The notes under the pieces: generated by a model | The model's database searches: none | Seen by the model: the letters and a program-made list of their open reading frames with translations, nothing else | Told to the model about the DNA's origin: nothing | In this document: positions 51,675 to 62,448 of the stretch, one piece after another | Numbering within the stretch: position 1 is the first letter of the stretch | Layout: every line of letters begins with the position of its first letter | Translations under genes and position numbers: made by a program | Assembly (NCBI GenBank): GCA_963843845.1 | Contig: CAWJMB010000002.1 | Span: 1,216,001-1,280,000 of the forward strand | Source: an uncultured Gemmatimonadaceae bacterium | Lineage (GTDB): Bacteria; Gemmatimonadota; Gemmatimonadetes; Gemmatimonadales; Gemmatimonadaceae | Length of the DNA: 64,000 bases | Direction of reading: 5' to 3'

Positions 51675-51884
51675 ATGAAGCGCCTTGCCCTGGTCGCCGC
51701 TGTGTTCGCACTCGCCGCCTGTTCCGCCAAGGAGCAGGTCCCGCCGGCCGACACGACGGCCCCGGTGATGACGCCGGCCCCGTCGACGATGCCGATGGAC
51801 AGCGCCGCGATGAAGATGGATACGGCCGCCATGAAGATGGATACGGCCGCGATGAAGATGGACTCGATGGCGAAGCGCCCGTAA
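51675..51884 (+). CDS. Small Met-rich repeat lipoprotein (69 aa)
   Basis: Strong RBS, MKRLALVAAVFALAA-C lipobox, (MD[ST]AAMK)x3, own terminator. Confidence 0.82.
   Translation: MKRLALVAAVFALAACSAKEQVPPADTTAPVMTPAPSTMPMDSAAMKMDTAAMKMDTAAMKMDSMAKRP
51795..51866 (+). repeat. 21-nt coding tandem repeat (atggatacggccgcsatgaag), about 3.4 copies
   Basis: Seen directly. Confidence 0.85.
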
Positions 51885-51902
51885 AGCATTCGCACACGAT
51901 GG

Positions 51903-51941
51903 GAAAGCGGGGCGCGACACTCAGTGTCGCGCCCCGCTTTC
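51903..51941. terminator. Bidirectional intrinsic terminator
   Basis: Perfect 18-bp inverted repeat GAAAGCGGGGCGCGACAC-TCA-GTGTCGCGCCCCGCTTTC between convergent genes. Confidence 0.85.
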
Positions 51942-51961
51942 GTGTGACCGCTCGCCGGCTG

Positions 51962-53125
51962 CTATTCGGGAAAGGGGAGCGCGTAGAGAACCGCTCGCCG
52001 GTCGAGCGGGGCGGCCTCGCCTTCCCCCGAGCGCACGACGAGCGTCGTGCCCGGCTCCACCTCGCGCCGCACCATTCCGAGCGCGATGCCGCCGAGCCGT
52101 GGTGAGACGGCCACGCTGCGGACGTCGCCGACGTCGCGCCCCGTCTCGTCGAGGAGGCGCGACCCGATCTCGAGCGGGCCGCCCTCCGCCTCGTACGCGA
52201 GTCCACGTAGATGGCGGTTCACGTGTCCGCGGAAGTGCACCCGCGCGACGACCTCCTGCCCCGTGTAGCACCCTTTCGTGTACGAGATCGCGTGCAGCTC
52301 GTCGAAGTTCGCCTCCTGCGGGATCGTCGTCTCGTCGATGTCGACACCCCACGTGGGACGGCCGCTCTCGATGCGCGCGGTGTCGTAGGCGCGCTGCCCC
52401 CCCGGCACCGCGACGCCGGCGCGATGAAGGCGAGACCACGCAGCCGCGTGGCCGTCGCCACCGGCGTACACCACGAAGCCGTCGACCCCGAGGTCCGGTA
52501 TCCGCGTGACGACGAGCGCGTCGCCGGCCGTCTCGACGGTGGCGTGGCCGTACGGGGGGAGGGCTGCGAACGCCGACGGAGCGAGCGCGAACGACTCGGC
52601 CAACGCGTCTCGCGCCCGTGGGCCGTAGACGCCGAACGCGGCCACGCGGTCGGTGACGCGCCGGTAGGCGGCGAGGCGCGGGTTCACGTACTTGCGCACG
52701 ACGTCGCCCCATCCGGCCGAGGCCGCAGCTGGCACATCGACCAGCAGCGCGGCCCCGGTCGGCCAGTCGCTCGGCGCGGGGGGCGTGGCGGAGACGGCGG
52801 CCAGCGTGGGGCGCTTCATCGTCGGCGGACTGTCGGGAGCGATCGACGCGTCTGCGAGCGCGAGGATGCGCAGGTCGGTGACGATGCGCCCCTTCGGCGT
52901 GAGCGCTGCTGCGTAGAGGCCGTGGCCGGGCGTCAGCGCGAGCACGTCGTTCGTGACGAGGCCGGTCAGCGTCTCGCGCGCCGTCGCTCCCTGAAACAGC
53001 CACAGCTCGCGGTCGCCGTGATCGACGAGCAGCGCGCCGCTGCGGATCGCCTCGTACTCGGCGGCCGGGTCGCCGTAATCGAGCACGATCGGGCGCCCGG
53101 AATCGGCAGGTGGCGAGAGTGTCAT
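51962..53125 (-). CDS. ygfZ: YgfZ/GcvT-family folate-binding protein
   Basis: LTPKGR, ARIESG, ISYTKGCYTGQEVVAR signature. Confidence 0.88.
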   Translation of the reverse strand: MTLSPPADSGRPIVLDYGDPAAEYEAIRSGALLVDHGDRELWLFQGATARETLTGLVTNDVLALTPGHGLYAAALTPKGRIVTDLRILALADASIAPDSPPTMKRPTLAAVSATPPAPSDWPTGAALLVDVPAAASAGWGDVVRKYVNPRLAAYRRVTDRVAAFGVYGPRARDALAESFALAPSAFAALPPYGHATVETAGDALVVTRIPDLGVDGFVVYAGGDGHAAAWSRLHRAGVAVPGGQRAYDTARIESGRPTWGVDIDETTIPQEANFDELHAISYTKGCYTGQEVVARVHFRGHVNRHLRGLAYEAEGGPLEIGSRLLDETGRDVGDVRSVAVSPRLGGIALGMVRREVEPGTTLVVRSGEGEAAPLDRRAVLYALPFPE

Positions 53126-53790
53126 CGGGAGTCGGTCAAGAGGTCGGCGAGCGCATCGTAAGAGAGCGCCGCCACGCTCGCTACCCGCAACGCGACGACG
53201 CCGGCCGCGCGCGCCGCGTCGACGGCCGTCGCCGAGTCTTCGAGCGCGATGACGCGGCGGCGCTCGAGCGGGCGATGCATCCGTGCGAGGTGCACGAGCG
53301 CCTGCTCATGCCACGACGGCGAGTCTTTCTCGGCGTCACCGATCACGACCGCGACGACGTCGTCGAGCGAGGCGCGTGCGAGAATGTGTGACGCCGTGCG
53401 TGGTGGCAGGCGCGTCACGGCCGCCAGACGAACACGCGCGCCGAGCGCGGCGAGCGCGTCGCGCGTGCCGGGAACGAGCGTGAGTGGTCCGCTCAGCGCG
53501 TCGTCGAGCGCGCGCTCGGCGCGCAGCGCGGTGAGCTCGACGTCCGTCGCGTCGAGCGCGAGCAGCTGTCCGGCGAGCCGTGCGGCGGCGGCCGACGTGT
53601 GTCGGTCGGCAGCGCGGGCGATGGCGGCCGTGGGGAGCGATGCGCCGACGACGGCGAGCGCGTCGGCGAGCGCCCGCGGCGCGGCATCGGCGCGTCTCGA
53701 CGAGCACGCCCTCGATCTCGAGCGAGCAGTGCGTGGGGGATCGTGCGATCGATGCAGCGCGGTGGGCACGAACGAGCGACGCTCCACGCC
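53122..53790 (-). CDS. HAD-superfamily-like protein (frameshifted 5' end)
   Basis: LVPGTRDAL, LAAVT, ALEDSATAVDAARAAGV; motif I region reads LEIEGVLVET in another frame. Confidence 0.6.
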   Translation of the reverse strand, partial: GVERRSFVPTALHRSHDPPRTARSRSRACSSRRADAAPRALADALAVVGASLPTAAIARAADRHTSAAAARLAGQLLALDATDVELTALRAERALDDALSGPLTLVPGTRDALAALGARVRLAAVTRLPPRTASHILARASLDDVVAVVIGDAEKDSPSWHEQALVHLARMHRPLERRRVIALEDSATAVDAARAAGVVALRVASVAALSYDALADLLTDSR

Positions 53791-53865
53791 CGCGCGGGCA
53801 CGAAGGCCGGCGAGCGTGGAGCGTCGAGGTGTCGACGAAGCGCGCGCGTCGAGCGCCGGCGCCGA

Positions 53866-54936
53866 TCAGGGCGCGCCGTTCTGAAGCTCGATGAGCACGC
53901 GGCGGTTCGTCGCGCGGCCTTCGGGGTTCGTGTTCGACGCGACCGGGTTCGTCTCGCCGGCCGAGCGCTGCGTCAGGACGCGCCGGCGCCGATCGCCCTT
54001 CGACGCGAGGTACTCGGCGACCGCCTTCGCGCGGCGCTCGCCGAGGCGCGTAGTTGTAGCTCTCGCCGCCGATCGCGTCCGTGTTGCCGGTGACGATGAG
54101 CTGAGGTTCGCCGCTTCCGGACGGCGCAGCGACGCCGAGACGTCGTCGAGGATGCGGCGAGCGTCGCTGCTCAGGTCGGACTTGTCGAAGTCGAAGTTCA
54201 CGGCGCCGATGACGACGGTGCCGCCGCGGCACCATGCCGGACGCCCGACGTCGCCTCGGACATGCGCTCACGGAAGACCGTGTCGGACTGCACGCGCGTC
54301 TGCGTGACGCGGACGGTGTCGTAGCGCGTGACGACCGTCGGGACCGGCGCCGAGTTGCGGAACAGTCCGCTCAGCCCGACCTGGATGTTCGGCGTGAAGG
54401 CCGCCTCGCGCGGATACGGGTTGGCCTTGCTTGTCCTCGAACGATGTAGTAGCCGTTCGCCTCGACAGCGCGCCGTGATGCGGTTCGTGATGTAGTAGCG
54501 CAGGCCGAGGAGCCCGCTCGACGCCCTGACCACGCGGCGCGACGCAGGCGAAGGCGGCCGAAGCCGTCGTACACGTAGCCGGCGCCGATCAGGAAGCTCG
54601 TGCGGCCGGTCTCGCGCTCGTGCGTGTTGTAGAGCAGGCGCGCCTGCCAGAGCAGTGTGCGACACGTCCGTGCAGCGAGTCGGGGATCCGGCCGCGAGCG
54701 CTTCGTGTCCGAGACGCCGAACGACGCCTCACCCTCGACCGAGACGTTGCGGAAGATGTAGTAGCCCGATGCGACCGCCGCCGCGCGAAGACGTTCTCGA
54801 CGTTCAGCGAGTCGGGCTGGATCGTGTAGCGCCCGAGCGCGCCGATCTCGATGGCGCTCTGCCGCTGCGCGAACGCAGCGGCAGGCAGCATGACGGACAG
54901 CGCAGCCAACGCGGCGACGACAGGACGTGTTCTCAT
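53866..54936 (-). CDS. OmpA-family outer membrane protein (beta-barrel + OmpA_C), many indels
   Basis: Signal peptide ...AAAFAQ; VNFDFDKSDL, GNTDAIG, LGERRAKAV, GETNPVASN..GRATNRRV. Confidence 0.85.
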
Positions 54937-55169
54937 GTTGCCTTCCGAAATGTGGTCCGTACTGCGATGAGCGACTGACGGGACCGCGCCGATGCAACAG
55001 TCGTGCGCGGCGGCATGAGCGCGCCGCCCTCGCGTACCACGCCTGCCGGTACGCACCGGCGAGCGCGCCTGTATTCTCGAGCGATCCGGGCCTCAATGCA
55101 AGCGGCTTCACGGGTTTGCGCAGGCTTTTCCTCGCGTTTTCCCCGTTCCTCGCGGAGGCTACCGTGCGT

Positions 55170-56517
55170 CTACGGTACGTGTTCGCTCGCGTACGCCGCG
55201 TCGAGCAGCTCGACAGGATGCACGACGCGCGCGGACGCTGCCGGCCCGCCGCAGTCCGGCGCCGAGCTGCATGAGGCAGCCGGGATTGCCGGTCGCGACG
55301 AGCTCGGCGCGCGTGTCGGCGATGCGGCGCAGCTTCGGCGCGAGCACCGCGTCCGACGTGGCGGGCTCGATCAGGTTGTAGATGCCGGCGCTGCCGCAGC
55401 ACTGATCGCTGTCGACGAGCGGAACGCGGTCGAGATGCCGCGCACGGCGGCGAGCACCTGGAGCGGCGGGTTCGCCACACGCTGCGCGTGCAGCAGGTGG
55501 CACGGCGCGTCGTAGGTCACGCGCGGGAAGTCGGCCGCCCCAGGCACGTCGTCCCATCGCGGTACAGCCGCACCGCGCCGTCGCTCGGGCGCGGGCCGGC
55601 CGCGGCGAGCAGCTCGCTGACGTCGCGGACGCGACGCCGCGACGCGCTCGGCGCGCGCTCGCCCACGCGGGGTCGTCGGCGAGCAGGTCGCCGTACTCCT
55701 TCATCATCGCGCCGCACCCGGCCGCGTTCACCGCCAGGTAGGCGTCGGCGTCGCGGGCGAGCGTCGCTCGAAGGCCGCGACGTTCGCGCGGGCGAGCGCG
55801 CGCGCCGTCTCGAGGTCGCCCGCGTGCGCGTGGAGCGCGCCGCAGCATCGCTGACCGGGCGTGCGCACCGGTGCATAGCCGTTCGCCGCGAGCACGCGCG
55901 TCGTCGCGTCGTTCGCGTGGCGCGAACAGCCCCCGCATCACGCACCCCTCGAGCAGCGTGGCCGTGCCGCGCGATGGCTCGCTCGCCCTCGTCCGATCGC
56001 CCGAGCGTCGCCTCGCGCTCGATCGCCGCGACGCAGCGGCGATCGTGTGGACGCGAGCATCGCGAACGCGAAGCCCGAGCCGGCCTGGCGCGACGCGGGC
56101 GAGGAGCGACGCGCAGCCGGTCGCCCGCGCGACGCGCGCCGAACGCAGCGCGGCGACGAGCAGCGGCGTCTGCGCGAACACGGCAAGGATCAATCGCGCG
56201 ACGAGCGGCGGCGGGCGCGTCGCGTTGAGCGTCGCGCGCGTCGCCTCGAGCAGATGCCCGTAGGGCACACCCGACGGGCACGCGGTCTCGCACCCGCGAC
56301 AGCCCAGGCAGCGGTCGATGTGCGTGCGCACGTCGGCGTCGTCGCGGGCGAGCGTCCCCTCGAGGAGCGCGCGCATGAGCAGGATGCGGCCGCGCGGGCT
56401 GTCGTTCTCGTCCTCGAGGTTACGTACGTCGGGCACGCCTGGAGGCAGAAGCCGCAGTGCACGCAGGCGTCGATGCCCGGCTTGCGCTGCGGCGAGCGGC
56501 GTGTCGGGCGAGCGCAC
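55170..56517 (-). CDS. glcF: Glycolate/lactate oxidase Fe-S subunit (GlcF-like), many indels
   Basis: CVHCGFCLQACPTY, SPRGRI, CLGCRGCETACPSGV, CCG motifs, TGNPGCLMQL. Confidence 0.85.
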
Positions 56518-57739
56518 ACGCGGCAGCTCGGCTGCGGGTGGGCACGACAGCGATGATGCCGGGGTTCAGGATGCCGCGCGGGTCGAACGCGCGTCGCACG
56601 CCTGCCGTGAGGCGGTCGCGGCGCACGCGCGGCGCGAGGTGCCCGCCATGCTCGCGCCATACCGCCGCCGGCAGTCGCTCGACGACGATCGTCGGGCGCG
56701 GCGTCGGCGTCGAATCGCGGCAGACCGAAGCCCGGTGGCGCCGGGGAGCATGACCCGCACGACGCCGCGCGCGACGGTCGCGTGGGCGAGCATCCCGAAC
56801 GCCGCCGCGGCGGGCGAGCACGAGCTGTGCGACACAGCGCCGCGAGCCGCGACGGCCGCGCCGAGACGCGGACGCACCGAGGCGACCGGCGGCTCGACGT
56901 CGCGCGAGCGCGCGTCCACACCGCCTCCGACACGTCGGCGACGTCGCCGAGCGCGGCGAGGGCGTCGCGACCGGCGCGCACGGCCGCCTCGTTGCCCGCG
57001 AGGCGCGCGAGCAGGAACAGCGCGCCGGACGAGCCCGAGCCGCTCGGCCAGCGGCGCGTTCACCAGCTCGAGCGCCCACGCGGCGAGCGGCAGCGCGCGC
57101 AGCTCTCTCGAGGAACTGCGGCGAGCGCGGCGGCGCCGGGAGCGCGACGGCGACGGTCGCGTCGACGTCCGGCGAGCGGGCGAAGTCGCACGCTGACCTC
57201 GGTGATCGCGCCGAGCGTGCCCCAGGCGCCGGTCACGAGGCGCGCGAGATCGAACCCGGCGACGTTCTTCACGACCCGGCCGCCGGCGCGCACCGCAGGT
57301 GCCCGTGCCGTCGACGAACGTGACGCCGATCACGTTGTCGCGCGGCGTGCCGAACGCGTGCGCGAGCGGGCCGGCCGACGCCGTGGCGACCGTCGCGCCG
57401 AGCGTCCCGGCGTCGCCGCCGAACGGATCGAGCGCGAGCAGTCTGTCGCTCGGCCGCCGTGAGCGCGCGCGATGTCGGCGAGCGGCGTCGCGGCGCGCGC
57501 GGTGAGCGTGAGGTCGCCCGGCGTCGTAGTCGACGATCGCCGCGCAGCGCGGCGAGCGAGAGCGTCGCGTCCGCGTCGACCGGGCGGCCGGCGTCGAGCC
57601 AGGTGCCGCCGGCGGCCAGGCGGAGGCGGTGCGAGCGCGGCGGCGTCGCGCACGCGTCGGCGACGTCGGCCGCATCGCGAGGGCGAGCGGGCCGGACGGC
57701 GCCGCGCCGATCGCGTCGTCAGGCGCTGTGGACGCTCAT
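56514..57739 (-). CDS. glcE: FAD-binding subunit (GlcE-like), many indels
   Basis: [55 protein letters not shown]; 3' end approximate. Confidence 0.8.
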
Positions 57740-59204
57740 GGACGCAGCGCCGGCGCGGCGCGCCACTCGCGGCACGCGTGCGATCGGCACGACCTTGCCC
57801 GGGTTCGCGCGGCGCGTCGGGGTCGAACACGTCGCGCAGCCGGCACATGGCGCCGCAGCGACGCGTCGTCGAAGACGCGGCTCCATGTAGCGCTGCTTGT
57901 CGAGCCCCACGCCGTGCTCGCCGGTGATCGTGCCGCCGGCGTCGATGCACGCCTGCATGATCGCCGACATCGCGGCGTGCACGCGCGCGGCCTCGTCGGC
58001 GTCGTGCGCGTCGTACGGGATCGTCGGGTGCAGGTTGCCGTCGCCGGCGTGGAAGAAGTTCGCGACGTCACGCGGTGCGCGGCGCCGATCGCCTGCGATG
58101 CGCGCGAGCACGTCGGCGAGCCGCGTGCGCGGCACGACGGCATCCTGCAGCACGAGGTGCGGCGCGAGGCGCCCCATCGCGCCGAACGCCTTCTTGCGTC
58201 CCTGCCAGAGGCGCGCGCGGTCGGCCGGATCGGCGGCGGTGCGGACGTCGCGGGCGCCCTCCGCCGCGACAGAGCGCCGCGACGCGCGACGCGTCGTCGT
58301 CGATGCCGGCGAGCGAGCCCGTCGAGCTCGCAGAGCAGCACGGCGGCCGCATCCTGCGGGTAGCCGGCGGCGTAGATCGACGCCTCGACGGCGCGGATCG
58401 CCGGGCCGTCCATGACCTCGAGCGCGGCCGGCGTGAGTCCCGATGCGATGATCGCCGACGCGGCGCGCGCGGCCCCGTCGAGCGACGTGAAGTCGGCGAG
58501 CAGCGTGCGCACCGCCTGCGGGTCGGGCGTCAGCCGCACCGTGACGTCGAGCGCGATGCCGAAGCATCCCTCGCTGCCGACGAACGCGCCGAGCAGGTCG
58601 TAGCCCGCCGTCTCGCCGTCGACGGTGCCTAACGCGACGATCTCGCCGTCGGGGAGGACGACGGTCGCCGCGAGCACGTGGTTCAGCGTCACGCCGTGCT
58701 TGAGGCAGTGCGGCCCGCCGGCGTTCTCGGCGACGTTGCCGCCGATCGTGCACGCGGTCTGGCTCGACGGGTCGGGCGCGTAGTGCAGGCGCGAACGGCG
58801 CCGTCGCGCGCGTCAGCGTCGTGTTCACGACGCCCGGCTCGACGACCGCGTAGCGATCGGCCGTGTCGATCGCGATGATGCGCGTGAGGCGGTTGAGCCC
58901 GACGATCACGCTGCCGTCGGCGAGCGCGCCGCCGGAGAGCCCGGTGCCGGCGCCGCGCGCGACGAACGGCGCACGTGCCTCGGCGAGCGCGCGGACGACG
59001 GCGATCGACCTCGTCGCGCGTGCCGGGGAGGACGGCGAGCGCCGGCTGACGGTGGTAGCCCGGCAGCGCGTCCGAGTCGTAGACGCGGAGCTCGCTCGGC
59101 CGACGCAGCACGAACCGCGACCCGACGATCGCGGCGAGCCGCTCGGCGAGCGCGCCGACACGCTCCGGCGACAGCGCGGCGACCGGCGACGAACCGTCAG
59201 GCAC
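57736..59204 (-). CDS. glcD: FAD-linked oxidase subunit (GlcD-like), many indels
   Basis: [54 protein letters not shown]. Confidence 0.85.
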
Positions 59205-59881
59205 TCAGGCGACGTCGTGGTGGCGGCCGTGGCCGTTCGACTTCGCGCCGCGGTGCACCGCGGCGCGCGCTTCGACGTCGGACGTCGCGGCGCGGAGGAG
59301 GGCGTCGACCGCGAGGAGCCGCTGCAGCGGCGAGCGCGAGGCGAGCAGCGCCTGCTGCTCGTCGTGCGCGAAGTCGACGAGCGATGCGATCCGGAACGCG
59401 AGCATCGCGGGGTCGTCGGGAAGCTCGGGGACGCCGGTGCCGGCTCGTCGGCGATCTCGCGGGCCGCGCGAGCGACCCGCGCGAACGCGGCTCGCGCCCG
59501 CTCGGCGGCGGCCGCCACGTCGACCCCGTCCCCGGCCTCGCCGCCGGTCACGTCGTCGTACCGCTCGACGAGCGCGACGTGGTACGGCGTCGACGCGTCG
59601 ATCTCGTGGTCGATCGCGAACCGCTCGGTTCCCTCGACGAGAATGTTCGCGCGGCCGTCGTGGAGCACCTGCACGTCGCGCAGCGCGGCGACGCAGCCGA
59701 CGCGGCCGGCGGACAGCGTCCGCTCCGGGTCGTCGGAGGCGAGGACGATGCCGAAGCGTCCGTCCGCGGCGCGGCAGTCGGCGAGCAGCGCGCGGTAGCG
59801 CGGCTCGAAGACGTGCAGCGGGAGCGTCGCACCGGGGAAGAGCACGAGCGCGAGCGGAAAGAGGGGAAGCGGTCGCGACAC
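59205..59881 (-). CDS. LON peptidase substrate-binding-domain-only protein; indel near 59430
   Basis: LPLFPLALVLFPGATLPLHVFEPRYR, DGRANILVEGTERF, EQQALLA..RL. Confidence 0.85.
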
Positions 59882-59913
59882 GACGAGTGGCTACCTCGGG
59901 CGAGCGCCGCTCG

Positions 59914-60330
59914 TCACGGGTCGACGAGCTGTGAGACGAACGCGCGCAGCTCGGCGAACTCGAACGGCTTGCTCAACACCGGACGACCCGACCGCTCGAG
60001 AAACGAGGCGGCGTCGGGCGACACGGCGTCGCCGGTCGAGAAGATGAGGCGCGCGAGGAGGGCAGGGCGCAGGGCCGCGAGGCGCTCGAACAGCTCCATG
60101 CCGGAGAGCCCCGGCATCCGAAGGTCGGAGATCACGACGTCGTAGGGCGACGTCGCGGCGTCGTCGTCGTGCAGCAGCATGGCGAGCGCATCGCGGCCGT
60201 CCTCGGCCTCGTCGACCGTCCAGCCCTGACGTTGGAAGAAGCGGCGGAGGGCGACACGAATGACGGGTTCGTCATCGATGATCAGTGCGCGGCGTGCGGC
60301 GGCAACGGCGGTCGGCAGCGAGTCGGACAT
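59914..60330 (-). CDS. Single-domain response regulator (REC)
   Basis: LIIDDE, VISDLRMPGLSG, FSTGD, LSKPF. Confidence 0.88.
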   Translation of the reverse strand: MSDSLPTAVAAARRALIIDDEPVIRVALRRFFQRQGWTVDEAEDGRDALAMLLHDDDAATSPYDVVISDLRMPGLSGMELFERLAALRPALLARLIFSTGDAVSPDAASFLERSGRPVLSKPFEFAELRAFVSQLVDP

Positions 60331-60452
60331 CACGCGCGGAGAATGCCTGCTTCCCCGCATGCGCGGCAAGTGAGCGGGCGTGCGCGGTCGATGCACGAAG
60401 GGCGCGGCACCGAGCGCCACGCCCTTCGCACCCGCTGCCGAACGTCGCGCGG

Positions 60453-61343
60453 CTACGCCACGTTCCAGTACCCGGCGAGTGCCGTGCCTTCGGGTGACTC
60501 GCGCAGCTTCTCGAACGCCCGCTCGCGAATCTGCCGGATGCGCTCGCGCGTGACGCCGAGCAGCTCGCCGATGCGCTCGAGCGTCATCGCCTCGCTCTGC
60601 TCGTCGAGACCGTAGTACAGGTAGAGGATCTTTCGCTCGCGCGGGGTGAGGTGATCGCGCAGCGCTCGCTCGATGTGCTCGCGCATGAGCTTGGTGTCCG
60701 TGGTCTCCTCGATGTCGTCGTCGTGCGACACGAAGCGCTCGCCGTAGGTGCTGGCGTCGCGGTCGCACTTGTCGACCGGCGCGTCGAGGGAGACTTCCGA
60801 CGTCGTGAGCTGGCGTGCCGAGCGAACGTCGTCGGCGCTCTCCTCGAGCATCTTCGCGAGCTCTTCGTCGGTCGGGTCGCGCTTGAGGACCTGCGAGAGG
60901 ACCGTCTCGGCGCGCCCCATCCGGATGAGCGCGGAGTTCTGGTTGAGCGGGATGCGCACGGAGCGCGTCTGCTCGGCGAGCGCCTTCAGGACGGCCTGGC
61001 GGACCCACCACACGGCGTACGAGATGAACTTGACGCCCTGATCAGGATCGAACTTCTTGACCGCCTTGAGGAGCCCTTCGTTGCCGATGGCGACGAGCTC
61101 GGAGAGGTCGAGGCCGTGCCCCTGGTACTTCTTCACGTATGAGATGACGAAGCGCAGATTCGCCGTGACCAGCCGCTCCGCGGCCTGTTGGTCACCCTGC
61201 TGGGCCCGGCGGGCGAGTCGACGCTCTTCTTCCGCGTCGGTGATGAGAGGGAGACGCTGGATGTCGTGCAGGTACTGATCGAACGCGGTGGAGGGGGACG
61301 AGCGGAAGTAGTTGCGGGTCCGTCCCTCGGACGCATGCTGCAT
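60453..61343 (-). CDS. Sigma70-family RNA polymerase sigma factor (RpoD/RpoS-like, no region 1.1)
   Basis: QYLHDI, LVTANLRFVI, KFISYAVWWVRQ, SLDAPV, TLERIG..GVTRERIRQI. Confidence 0.93.
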   Translation of the reverse strand: MQHASEGRTRNYFRSSPSTAFDQYLHDIQRLPLITDAEEERRLARRAQQGDQQAAERLVTANLRFVISYVKKYQGHGLDLSELVAIGNEGLLKAVKKFDPDQGVKFISYAVWWVRQAVLKALAEQTRSVRIPLNQNSALIRMGRAETVLSQVLKRDPTDEELAKMLEESADDVRSARQLTTSEVSLDAPVDKCDRDASTYGERFVSHDDDIEETTDTKLMREHIERALRDHLTPRERKILYLYYGLDEQSEAMTLERIGELLGVTRERIRQIRERAFEKLRESPEGTALAGYWNVA

Positions 61344-61423
61344 GGACGCTCCTCACCGGGTGGCGGAACGTTGTATGTGCCGGGCGGGAACTGCGTGCAC
61401 ACACAATTGGCTAGCGGGCGCCT

Positions 61424-61452
61424 ACGATAATGTCGGGTCACTGACCGGTCAA
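61424..61452 (-). promoter_or_regulatory. Sigma70-type promoter of the sigma-factor gene with overlapping GGTCA/TGACC palindromes
   Basis: Minus strand TTGACC-N17-TATCGT; GGTCA-C-TGACC-GGTCA at 61436-61451. Confidence 0.5.
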
Positions 61453-61531
61453 CAGAAAATTTGCTCGCGAACACACGAATGGCTCAGGCTGGTACGCCTG
61501 AGCCATTCACCGGTCCCGCCAGCCGAGCGCT

Positions 61532-61711
61532 TTACGTCGGTGGGCGATCCTTCGCCCGGGTGTGGGTCGTCGCCGTCACGACACCGAGCCCGATCATGAC
61601 GATGACCCCCACGACGATCCACGTCGTCGGCACGTTGAGAAGAACCGCGCCGACGGCGAGGCCGACGATGACCAGCAGGTACCCTATGAGGTAGGTCCCG
61701 AACGCAGACAT
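61532..61711 (-). CDS. Small 2-TM membrane protein (59 aa)
   Basis: MSAFGTYLIGYLLVIVGLAVGAVLLNVPTTWIVVGVIVMIGLG; GGAG RBS upstream. Confidence 0.7.
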   Translation of the reverse strand: MSAFGTYLIGYLLVIVGLAVGAVLLNVPTTWIVVGVIVMIGLGVVTATTHTRAKDRPPT

Positions 61712-61776
61712 GACTGACACTCCGGCGGCTGGTGAGGCGAACATGTAGGGCAAAGGCGGGGCCACGCCACCCGACA

Positions 61777-62448
61777 TCACGGACCGCCCGCCGCGACGAG
61801 GACCGCGACGCCGTCGCGCATGCCGAAGCGGCGCGCATCGGTGCAGTCCGGGGTCCAGATGTCGATGCGCGTTCCTCGGATCTTCTTCCCTGTGTCGTCG
61901 ACGAGGAACGTGCCGAGGTAGCGTCCGTCGACGCTGATCTCGACGTGGCGGGCGAGCGGGAAGATGCTCGGATCGGCGGCGACGATGCCGGGGCGCACCT
62001 CACGGCCGCGCCGCGTGAGCCCTCGGAGACAGTACGCCGAGAGCCGCACGGCGACCGGCTCGCCCGGGCGGGCGCGCGCCGCGAGGCCTTCGATGACGGA
62101 GAGGTGCGGTGTCAGGGCGCGCGGAAGCGTGAGCCGCGGCATGATGAGTGGCGAGGCGAATGCGCGAACGGCCGCGAAGGGGCGCGGCAGCGTGCGACGC
62201 GTTCGGTCGGGCGTGGTCGGTGCGCGCGGCGTCGGCGCAGACGGGGGGCGGACCGAGGGCGCTGGCAGTGGTGCCGGCGGCGCGGCGACAGGATGCCCCG
62301 ACAGGTCGATGAACGTGACGCTGGCCGTGGTCTCCCCCGCATCCCGTTCCGGCTCGTCCACGAACTCGCCGACGGCGACGATCCCCGCGACGACGCTCCA
62401 GGCCAGCGCCGCGGCGACCGTCGGCCGGCGGCGCGCGGACGGATTCAC
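61777..62448 (-). CDS. 3D (Asp-Asp-Asp) domain protein
   Basis: SAYC..G.T..G, IVAADP, DDTG, RIDIW; N-terminal TM and Pro-rich linker. Confidence 0.8.
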   Translation of the reverse strand: MNPSARRRPTVAAALAWSVVAGIVAVGEFVDEPERDAGETTASVTFIDLSGHPVAAPPAPLPAPSVRPPSAPTPRAPTTPDRTRRTLPRPFAAVRAFASPLIMPRLTLPRALTPHLSVIEGLAARARPGEPVAVRLSAYCLRGLTRRGREVRPGIVAADPSIFPLARHVEISVDGRYLGTFLVDDTGKKIRGTRIDIWTPDCTDARRFGMRDGVAVLVAAGGP

